Shown in pieces: positions 8,436 through 15,609 of a stretch of 26,026 bases of DNA (the first letter of the stretch is position 1; each line of letters opens with the position of its first letter). Source of the DNA: Armatimonadota bacterium (GTDB lineage Bacteria > Armatimonadota > DASRZA01); the NCBI GenBank assembly GCA_035686845.1, contig DASRZA010000228.1, positions 1 through 26,026 on the forward strand, in the 5' to 3' direction. Made by a program: the position numbers and the translations under genes. Under the pieces are notes generated by a model. That model ran no database searches, had not been told where the DNA came from, and saw nothing but the letters and a program-made list of their open reading frames with translations.

Positions 8436-10205
8436 TTATCTTTTTCGCGGCTTTGATTCAGGATGCAGTATCTGCCAGATTTTGGACACAAGAACGAGCA
8501 GGGCAAGCGCTAAGAAGGCGAGACCCAGGTACGTGCTCGGGATCCGGTCCAGCAGCCCGCTTTCCGGCGCAGCCGCGGCCGGTGTTGTGTGGGGCTTCGG
8601 AGCGCCATGAGGGGCCCTAGACGGTCGGGAAGCCGGACGCGCCGCTGGCTTTGTCGCTGGCTTTGAAGCCGGCGCAAAGATTACCGGCACCTCCAATCCA
8701 CCCGCGCGCTGCCCACTCGAATCCATCGCCAGGACGCTCAACTGATGCCGGCCGGCGCCATACTTCGACGTGTCGATAACGGCCCGGCATTCACCCGGAC
8801 CCGTCACACGAGCGGCGTCTTTTCCATCTATCCGGTAGATAATTGTTGGCGAATCCTCGTAACTCTTCACCCATGCAGTGAGAGAAACCGGTCCTGAAAA
8901 AGTCATACCCGCGGTGACAGGCTCAACGTAAGTCGGATAATGCTTCTCCGTTCCGGTGACCACGTGAGTCAAATAATAGTCCGGGGCGACGGCGCGAGTT
9001 AGAGCCGAAAGGACAACGGGGCTGTCGGTGACGCTGTAGTCGTTAAGCGCCCGGCCCGGCTGGATATGCCGCGCGGTAAGATTATCGCAGTCGTAGAGCC
9101 CGACCATCTTGACCCGCGGAAACTCCCGCGGCAGCGCTGAAAAGAGCTCCGCCAGCTTATTTGCGGCCACGACGGATTCGTCTTTGCTCAGATCCAACTT
9201 GTCCCGGTGCGAGGCGCCATATTCGCAGATGGCGATAGGCTTGCGGGCGGCGTATTTGTGATACACGTACTCCAGCAGGCTTGCAGGGTTCTCGAATCCC
9301 GCCGGCCGCGCCGGGTCGTTGTCATGATGCAGCACCGAGTAGAAGTTCACTCCCACCCAGTCCACGTACGCGTCGCCCGGGTAATAGTCGTCCATGTTGT
9401 ACTCGGGGACCTGGTTGACACACCAGATCATCGCCACGTTGGGCGCCAGTCGCGCCATTACGTCATGAACGAGCCTGAATTTAGCTTTGTAGAGCGAGGG
9501 GTCGTTATGCCAGGCGGTCCAGTCGCCGTTCATCTCGCCGGCGAAACGAAGAAAGATGGGGCCGCCGCAGGAAGCGGCGTCACGGGCAAACTGTTCGAGA
9601 TAAGAATCATCCTTGATCTCAGAGAGACCGTCGTTGGGCTCGAGGGCGATGCGGGGAGCGATGCCGTCACTCAGCAGGGCTTGAGCCCACGTACGGGGGA
9701 AGGGATTTCCATAATTGCAGTAGTCCCAGGACGTTGCCAGCGGTTTATGGATAAGCCGGCCCAGAATCTCAGCCCGCTTTGCATAAATAACGTTGCCCAT
9801 CGAATCCGGGCCGCCATCCAGGCTGTCGTCGTTCGCGACGTAAGCGCCCAGATAGCAGCCATACGCGGGTTCAAACTTGGCGTGAGTATCCAGCGCCGCT
9901 GCGGCCTTCGGATTGGGTGGCGCATCCGCAAAGAGTTGAATATCGGTGGACCAGCGCGCCGCCTTTCCCTCCTCCACCACCGCTGCAGCGGCGTCGCCTT
10001 TTTGCCGGTAAAGATTCGCCTCCTCGCGATAGTAGACGGCCGCCTTACCGAACTGCTTGCTGGAAACGGCGTTATCCGCCAGCTTGCGATATCCCGCGGC
10101 CGAGGCGGCTGCTGCGCCCTGTGAAGGCGCCAGGCAGAAGAGGCAGACAAACGCCTGCAGGAAAATGGCGCGACCGGCCGCGCGTGGAATACCGAAAGGC
10201 GACAT
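8436..10205 (-). CDS. Secreted GH26-like glycoside hydrolase, paralog 2, with signal peptide, TPR-like, GH26-like catalytic and Ig-like domains, a Pro/Ala-rich linker and a C-terminal TM anchor
   Basis: The N-terminus MSPFGIPRAAGRAIFLQAFVCLFCLAPSQGAAA is a signal peptide. The catalytic motifs are the same as in paralog 1 (LRFAGEMNGDW, YPGDAYVDWVGVNFY, PIAICEYG). The C-terminus is PASKPATKPAARPASRP...PESGLLDRIPSTYLGLAFLALALLVLVSKIW...KPRKR, a PEP-CTERM-like anchor. Confidence 0.65.
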   Translation of the reverse strand: MSPFGIPRAAGRAIFLQAFVCLFCLAPSQGAAAASAAGYRKLADNAVSSKQFGKAAVYYREEANLYRQKGDAAAAVVEEGKAARWSTDIQLFADAPPNPKAAAALDTHAKFEPAYGCYLGAYVANDDSLDGGPDSMGNVIYAKRAEILGRLIHKPLATSWDYCNYGNPFPRTWAQALLSDGIAPRIALEPNDGLSEIKDDSYLEQFARDAASCGGPIFLRFAGEMNGDWTAWHNDPSLYKAKFRLVHDVMARLAPNVAMIWCVNQVPEYNMDDYYPGDAYVDWVGVNFYSVLHHDNDPARPAGFENPASLLEYVYHKYAARKPIAICEYGASHRDKLDLSKDESVVAANKLAELFSALPREFPRVKMVGLYDCDNLTARHIQPGRALNDYSVTDSPVVLSALTRAVAPDYYLTHVVTGTEKHYPTYVEPVTAGMTFSGPVSLTAWVKSYEDSPTIIYRIDGKDAARVTGPGECRAVIDTSKYGAGRHQLSVLAMDSSGQRAGGLEVPVIFAPASKPATKPAARPASRPSRAPHGAPKPHTTPAAAAPESGLLDRIPSTYLGLAFLALALLVLVSKIWQILHPESKPRKR

Positions 10206-10403
10206 CAGAAGATCCTCGCGCTCAAATAAGCAGGCAGGCAGCGAGAGCCATTGTGGAGGCGGCTGCGCCGGCGAGCGCTATGTACAGGAACGTACCGCAG
10301 CGCCTCCGGTTCCGCGCTGATCCCAACTTAGGTATTGGGTGTTGCGCATCGCGTCTCGGGCCAGTGCGGCGCATCGCTGCCCGGTTGCGAAGGCGTCTCT
10401 TTT

Positions 10404-10456
10404 CCTCTTCGGTTTCCTTCGCGCCCTTCGTGGGACCTTCGTGTCCTTCGTGTTCT
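10404..10456. promoter_or_regulatory. Four or five direct CCTTCG(T)G repeats at 9-11-bp phasing, followed by a T7 run
   Basis: CCTTCG at 10416, 10425, 10436 and 10445, plus a CCTCTTCGG variant at 10404. The helical-turn spacing is typical of direct-repeat transcription-factor sites, as bound by OmpR/PhoB-type response regulators. Confidence 0.35.
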
Positions 10457-10607
10457 TTTTTTATCTGTAAATCCTTGCCGGCGTCATCCGGCCGAAGCGT
10501 CGCGCGTCGCGATGTGAATAAACTGTGATTCATGATGGGAAAGAGTGGCAGTGAGATGTGGACAACTTTCAGATTCTCTCCGACATGTCGTCAAGTGTGA
10601 ATCAGTG

Positions 10608-10629
10608 TGAATAGCCGGCCGGCTATTCA
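10608..10629. promoter_or_regulatory. 22-bp perfect palindrome TGAATAGCCGGCCGGCTATTCA flanked by TGTGAAT direct repeats and ATTCACA/TTCACA half-sites
   Basis: The sequence is its own reverse complement. TGTGAAT lies at 10596..10602 and 10606..10612. ATTCACA is at 10650 and TTCACA at 10683 and 10691. The TGTGA/TCACA half-sites are CRP/FNR-like. Confidence 0.45.
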
Positions 10630-10871
10630 ACCGGAGGAACTCCCCGGCCATTCACAATGTCCGTGCGGAGCCGGTCGTTCGTTCACATGATTCACAGACC
10701 TACTATCATTATCACTACTCTTATATATATGTTCTTCTTGAAAGAAACAGAATCCCGCATTCTGGATTTTCGGAGAGACGGGAGAAAAATTCAGGATTCA
10801 GGAAAGTAGAAGGATAACCCTTTCTGTCTGATGAAAACAGTTTTGATTTGAACGATAAGCGAGAAAAGACC

Positions 10872-11159
10872 ATGCCGAAACCCAAAGTTTATAATCCCGG
10901 TGACCATGAAGCGATGGAGCGTCTGAAAGGCGCGCCGAGGGAACAGACCAGCGAAAAGAGTGAGCGGATCCTGAAGGTCTACGGTTCCATTCTGCTCGTG
11001 ATCTGCATTGCGGCTGCGCTGGCGTTCGTAGGTTACAAAATCTATCAGGAGCTGCATTCAATCGGAGGGAAGTACCAGAACGCGGTTACGTCTACGGGCC
11101 AATCGATGTTAACTTTGCCGTCCAATTCCGGCAGCGGCCGGCGTTTATTCTATGTCTGA
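10872..11159 (+). CDS. Small single-TM membrane protein (95 aa), hypothetical. Its end overlaps the aroB start by 8 nt.
   Basis: ATG at 10872 with a GAGAAAAG RBS. The protein is MPKPKVYNPGDHEAMERLKG...ILLVICIAAALAFVGYKIY, with one hydrophobic helix. The overlap ATGTCTGA with the aroB start suggests translational coupling. Confidence 0.5.
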   Translation: MPKPKVYNPGDHEAMERLKGAPREQTSEKSERILKVYGSILLVICIAAALAFVGYKIYQELHSIGGKYQNAVTSTGQSMLTLPSNSGSGRRLFYV

Positions 11160-12249
11160 GATCTGGGTAGAGCTGGGAGATCGCAGCTATCCGATTGTGA
11201 TTGGCGCCCGGCTGTCTGAGAAGGCGCCGGCGCTCCTAAAAACAGCCGGCCTGTCAGAGGCGCCTCTGTTGATAGTAACGGATGAATCGGTGGCCGCGGC
11301 GCAGGCTGAGACGCTGGACGGGTGGCATAATCTGCCTGGCCACCGGACAGAGCTCGTGGTTCTTCCGCCCGGTGAGGAGACGAAGAGCCTGCGTTGCTTT
11401 TCAATGCTGCTCGACCGGATCGCCGCTTTTGATGAGGGCGATGGCGCCGCCATCGTGGCATTCGGCGGCGGTGTGATTGGCGATCTGAGCGGCTTTACGG
11501 CCGCCTGTTACAAGCGAGGTATCCCATGGGTCCAGGTTCCCACAACCCTTCTTGCCCAGGTTGACGCCAGCGTTGGCGGCAAAACCGCCATCAATCATCC
11601 TTCGGCCAAGAATCTGGTGGGCGCCTTTCATCAACCGCGAATAGTGGTTGCGGATATGTCAACGCTCTCGACGCTTCCTTCGCGAGAGTTGCGGTCTGGA
11701 CTTGCGGAGGTCGTCAAACATGGGGTGATTGAAGACGCGGTCTTCTTCCACCGGATCGAACAAACAATGCCGCAAGCGTTAGCCGTGGACCCGGCTGTGC
11801 TCGAAGATTACGTGGAGTCATCATGTCGAATCAAGGCTCGGATCGTCGGAGAGGATGAGCGAGACACAGGCGGCCGGCGCGCTCTCTTGAACTATGGCCA
11901 TACCTTTGGTCACGCCATTGAGTTGGCGGCTCACTTTAATTATGCCCACGGTGAAGCGATTGCCATTGGTATGGCTTGCGCCGGAGATCTATCCGTCCGG
12001 CTTGGACTCTGGCCTGCAGCGGACGCCCGCCGTGTTGAAGCGGCGCTGGTGGCTGCCGGGCTGCCGGTGAGCGCCCAGAACACGGAGCTTGCCAGAGTGA
12101 TGGAAGCGATGAGGCTGGATAAGAAATTCGAGAACGGCCTCAACCGGTTTATTCTCGCTCATGGCATAGGTCACGTTGAAATTCATAAGAATCTGCCTGA
12201 TGAAATGATCCGGGAGACGCTGCGGGGAAGAATTGAGATGACCGTTTGA
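11152..12249 (+). CDS. aroB: 3-dehydroquinate synthase
   Basis: 365 aa with GGGVIGDLSGFTAA (NAD-binding GGGxxxD), VPTTLLAQVDASVGGKTAINHP, and NYGHTFGHAIE (metal-binding His residues). This is the canonical AroB pattern. Confidence 0.92.
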   Translation: MSEIWVELGDRSYPIVIGARLSEKAPALLKTAGLSEAPLLIVTDESVAAAQAETLDGWHNLPGHRTELVVLPPGEETKSLRCFSMLLDRIAAFDEGDGAAIVAFGGGVIGDLSGFTAACYKRGIPWVQVPTTLLAQVDASVGGKTAINHPSAKNLVGAFHQPRIVVADMSTLSTLPSRELRSGLAEVVKHGVIEDAVFFHRIEQTMPQALAVDPAVLEDYVESSCRIKARIVGEDERDTGGRRALLNYGHTFGHAIELAAHFNYAHGEAIAIGMACAGDLSVRLGLWPAADARRVEAALVAAGLPVSAQNTELARVMEAMRLDKKFENGLNRFILAHGIGHVEIHKNLPDEMIRETLRGRIEMTV

Positions 12250-12327
12250 TGGTCTAAATCGAGGGAATCCCGCTCCGGTGCCGGACTAAGTGTACGAAAC
12301 CATTTGTCATCGATAAGGACGGGACGA

Positions 12328-13227
12328 ATGCACACTCCATGGTTGGAATGGTACTACGTAATCTACTGGCTCCCGTTTGGCCTCGCAACCGGGATCCTGC
12401 TCGTATCGAGCCTCGGAGGGCGTCATGGGAGTCATTCCCATGACGGACACAATGCTGGCGCGGGGCACACGTTGTCACACGCCGGGCACTCTCTCAAAAT
12501 CGGCGGCGGCCATGCGCCGGCTGCGCACTCGGCGCCGCGAGGCATGCCCGTTCGCAGCGCGCCGGCAGGTCACGGCGCTGCGACCCATGGAGCGGCTGCC
12601 CACAGCGCGGCATCGCCAAGCGCCGCGCGCTCCGGACCTGTAACACCTGGTCCGCACGGCGTACAGGCCGGGGTTAGGATCTATAACGCCCAGACCGGCC
12701 GCGAGTTCGAAGCGCATCTGCACGTCGGATACGGAATTCTGGGGTTCTTCGGATTCGGCCGGGCGCCGTTGACTATTCTCATTGGCAGCCTGATGATCGG
12801 CTGGGGACTGGCCGGAATCATCGCCACCCAGGCGTTCCAGGCGGATTTCAAGGCGCCGGACCGGTTTATCCTTCCGGCCTTAGCTGTCGCCATCGTGGGC
12901 GCGATACTTTTTACCAAACTGCTCGGTGAGCTCTTTGCCCGGTTCATGGTCGAGGACGAGACATACGCCATTCATCGAGAGGACCTCGTTGGGCTTACCG
13001 GCACGGTGGTCTATCCGGTGTCTGAAACCGGCGGCCGGATCCACGTCTTCGACCAGTTCCATACGCTGCACGTGGAACCCGCCCGGATTCGTTCGGGAAG
13101 CGCAGGAGCTGAAAAGGGCGCCGAGGTACTGGTGATCGGGCTCGATCCCGAGAAAAAGTACCTGCTTGTTGACGCCATGAAGGTCGAAGATGGAGGACGG
13201 GGAGAGGGTGAGTGTGTGAGAGGGTGA
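12328..13227 (+). CDS. NfeD/YqiJ-like (DUF1449-type) membrane protein with a His-rich insertion. Partner of the downstream flotillin.
   Basis: ATG at 12328 with an AAGGA SD. The N-terminus has a TM helix (WYYVIYWLPFGLATGILLV), then a His-rich low-complexity loop (GRHGSHSHDGHNAGAGHTLSHAGHS...). More TM helices follow, and the C-terminus is a soluble beta-barrel-like region (LVGLTGTVVYPV...IHVFDQFHTLHVEP...EVLVIGLD) resembling the NfeD short form. It sits immediately upstream of an SPFH/flotillin gene, as yqiJ does with yqiK. Confidence 0.55.
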   Translation: MHTPWLEWYYVIYWLPFGLATGILLVSSLGGRHGSHSHDGHNAGAGHTLSHAGHSLKIGGGHAPAAHSAPRGMPVRSAPAGHGAATHGAAAHSAASPSAARSGPVTPGPHGVQAGVRIYNAQTGREFEAHLHVGYGILGFFGFGRAPLTILIGSLMIGWGLAGIIATQAFQADFKAPDRFILPALAVAIVGAILFTKLLGELFARFMVEDETYAIHREDLVGLTGTVVYPVSETGGRIHVFDQFHTLHVEPARIRSGSAGAEKGAEVLVIGLDPEKKYLLVDAMKVEDGGRGEGECVRG

Positions 13228-13240
13228 GCGTGTGTATGGG
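13196..13240. repeat. GT-rich simple repeat (GGGTGAGTGTGTGAGAGGGTGAGCGTGTGT) that embeds the stop codon of gene 12328..13227
   Basis: Same GGTGAGTGTGTG family as 17992..18141. The TGA stop at 13225..13227 lies inside the motif. Confidence 0.6.
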
Positions 13241-13388
13241 TTTTGAACCCTCGAATCGATAAGCACAAGTTTTAGCGCGTGAAGAGCCAGGTTGAAGCCA
13301 GGCCGCCGGACAGAAAGAGGCGTTTACGTACCCTGTAACTGATGTTTGATCTATATTTGTTTTGATGTGAAGGTGAGAGGAAACTGCA

Positions 13389-15422
13389 ATGGGAATCGGA
13401 GCATTACTGCTTGGTGTAGCCTTGATGGTGGCTTCTATCGCTGCACCCCAGCTTAGCTGGATAGAAAAGTTAATCGTAGGTGTCGTCGGAGCGGTTATCT
13501 TTCTCCTCGGCGTCGCGCTCCACATGTTCACCCTGTACCGGAAGGCGACCGCAAACCAGGCGTTCGTGCGAACCGGGTTGGGCGGCGCCAGGGTAGTGAT
13601 GGATGGCGCGGCGATAGTGCTTCCCATGTTTCATCGTACGCTGGAAGTGAATCTGCAAACGATGAAACTGGGAGTGAATCCCAAGGGCCGCAATGCCCTG
13701 ATCACCAGAGATAATCTTAGGGCCGACGTGCTGGCGCAGTTCTATATTAAGGTGCAGCCGGATGATGACCATATCCTGATGGCGTCCCGGTCACTCGGTG
13801 AGAGCTCCGTGAACGCTGAGACCATCGAAGCGCTCGTGAGCGAGAAACTGGTATCCGCGCTGCGAGCGATTGCGTCGCAAATGGATCTTTTCGAGATTCA
13901 CACCAAGCGGGATGAATTCGCCGAGAAGGTGAAGGAGCACGTCCGGGCGGATCTGGAGGCCAACGGCCTGCTGCTCGAATCGGTCACGATCTCGGAGCTG
14001 GATCAGACGGACCCGAAAGAGCTTTCGGATAACAACGTCTTCGACGCGCAGGGCAAGAAGAAGATTACTGAAATCACCGCTGCGGCGGCTGTGGAGCGCA
14101 ACAAGCTGGATCGAGACGCTGAGCGGCAGCGCACCGAGAAGGACGTTGAGACCCGGCAGTTCGTGCTGGAGCTGGAACGGAAGAAGGCTGAGGCGGAAGC
14201 GTCTCAAATGGCGCAGATCGCCAAGGTGAAAGCGGCCAAGGAGCAGGAGGCGCAGGAGGCTGAGATCAGCCGGTCCCAGGCAATCGCCACAGCCCAGGTT
14301 TCTCAGCAGAAAGCGGTGCAGGAAGCCGAGATTTCGCGTGACCAGGCGGTGCAGGTGGCGCAGGTGGCGCAGGAGCTGGCGGTGAAGGCCGCGGAGATTC
14401 AAAGGGATCGCTCGCTTCAGATTGCAACCGCCGAGCGGGACCAGAGCGTCAAGACGGCCCAGGTGGAGCAGGAGCGGGCGGTGGCGCTGGCCGACCGTGC
14501 CCGGCAGATTGCTATCGCCGAACAGGAAACGGCCCGGGCTAAAGCGGAAGAAGCGGCGCTGCTGGCTGAGGTGGAGCGTGAGCGAGCGAAGCAGCAGGTG
14601 ACCACGGTAGAACAGCTTGCCGAGGCCGACCGCGAAGCGCAGAAGAAACTGATCGCCGCAAAGCAGGGTATTGAGCAGGACAAGATCGCTCAGCAGACCT
14701 CGGCCGAGGTCCAGGCCTACACGAGGGTGAAGCAGGCTGAAGCAGAGCAGGAATCGGCGGCGAAGCAGGCGTCAGCCCGGCTGCAGTTGGCCCAGGCTGA
14801 GGCGGAAAGCCGGAAGCTGGTCGCCGAGGGCGAGACGGCGGTGCAGATGGTTCCGGTTCAGGTGGAGCGGGAACGAGTGAACGTGCACGGCGCCGAGGTC
14901 AACGTGGAAGCGCAGGAGCTTGAGAACCGGCAGAAGTTTGCGCAGGCTGGCATCGAGTTGGAGATCCAGAAGCTCCGGATCAGCGCGGATAAAGACGTCC
15001 AGATCGCCATGGCTGAGGCCATAGGCCGGGCGCTCTCGTCCAGCAAGATGACTCTCTTCGGCTCACCGGAGATGGCGGCCACGATGCTTCAGAGCATGGC
15101 AAAGGGCATGGGCGCCCGGTCGCTGATGGAGGGTTTCACCGGCCCGCTGACCAATGGCGCCGGCCATAATGGAAACGGAACCCCACTCGAAAGTATGGTG
15201 GACATGATCGCTCCGCTTGTTCAGCGGTTCACCGGTAAGACGGTCGACGCCAAAACGCTGGCCGATCTGACCGCCGTTGTGCAGAACCAGCAAACCCCTC
15301 CCATCGCTCCGATGGTGGCCGACGCTCCTCTGGAATCAAAGATACCGGGCGCCCCCAACGGCCCGGTCCCAACTGAAACCGTCGGTGCAAAAGGGGCGGA
15401 AAAAAAGAGCGCGGGAGCGTAA
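13389..15422 (+). CDS. Flotillin-like SPFH (band 7) domain protein (YqiK/FloT-like) with a long E/A/Q-rich coiled-coil region
   Basis: GAGAGGAA RBS. It has an N-terminal TM hairpin, then an SPFH core (QAFVRTGLGG..., ITRDNLRADVLAQFYIKV, VSEKLVSALRAIASQ). Extended EAEISR/QAxQV coiled-coil repeats, typical of flotillins, follow. Confidence 0.85.
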   Translation: MGIGALLLGVALMVASIAAPQLSWIEKLIVGVVGAVIFLLGVALHMFTLYRKATANQAFVRTGLGGARVVMDGAAIVLPMFHRTLEVNLQTMKLGVNPKGRNALITRDNLRADVLAQFYIKVQPDDDHILMASRSLGESSVNAETIEALVSEKLVSALRAIASQMDLFEIHTKRDEFAEKVKEHVRADLEANGLLLESVTISELDQTDPKELSDNNVFDAQGKKKITEITAAAAVERNKLDRDAERQRTEKDVETRQFVLELERKKAEAEASQMAQIAKVKAAKEQEAQEAEISRSQAIATAQVSQQKAVQEAEISRDQAVQVAQVAQELAVKAAEIQRDRSLQIATAERDQSVKTAQVEQERAVALADRARQIAIAEQETARAKAEEAALLAEVERERAKQQVTTVEQLAEADREAQKKLIAAKQGIEQDKIAQQTSAEVQAYTRVKQAEAEQESAAKQASARLQLAQAEAESRKLVAEGETAVQMVPVQVERERVNVHGAEVNVEAQELENRQKFAQAGIELEIQKLRISADKDVQIAMAEAIGRALSSSKMTLFGSPEMAATMLQSMAKGMGARSLMEGFTGPLTNGAGHNGNGTPLESMVDMIAPLVQRFTGKTVDAKTLADLTAVVQNQQTPPIAPMVADAPLESKIPGAPNGPVPTETVGAKGAEKKSAGA

Positions 15423-15542
15423 GCCGGGATCAAGGGTTTTTCCGAAGCGTTTGGGGCGCTCGATCAAGATGGGTTATACGAAGGTGGCCCGGCGCGTACC
15501 AGTGCGTCGGGCCACGTCGATGTACGCGCCGGAGTCGGGGCA

Positions 15543-15592
15543 AAGCATTCGCAGAACAAATCCGGCGCCTGCAACCGCTGCGGCGAATGCTT
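15543..15592 (+). promoter_or_regulatory. Imperfect long hairpin in the 5' leader, 18 nt upstream of the start of the GH63-like gene
   Basis: AAGCATTCGC(AG) at 15543..15554 pairs with (CTG..)GCGAATGCTT at 15578..15592. No U tract follows, so it does not look like an intrinsic terminator. It could be an attenuator or a protein-binding leader. Confidence 0.3.
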
Positions 15593-15609
15593 CGCCCAGG
15601 AGAGATAGG

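Larger units (their letters stand above)
10206..10871. promoter_or_regulatory. 665-bp lower-GC divergent regulatory region between GH26 paralog 2 (minus) and the small-protein/aroB operon (plus)
   Basis: AT-rich relative to its surroundings. It contains a 22-bp perfect palindrome, multiple TGTGA(AT)/ATTCACA half-sites and phased CCTTCG repeats. Only a doubtful 103-aa ORF lies in it. Confidence 0.5.

Noticed and set aside
10222-10533. 103-aa minus-strand ORF in the divergent regulatory region
   Set aside because: It is the reverse translation of the CCTTCG repeat tract, giving an EGHEG/KETEEE run. It has no SD and overlaps regulatory repeats. It is probably non-coding, but a small protein cannot be fully excluded.
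13791-14402. 203-aa minus ORF rich in Leu/Arg/His opposite the flotillin coiled-coil region
   Set aside because: It is the antisense translation of the repetitive GAG/GCG-rich coiled-coil codons.
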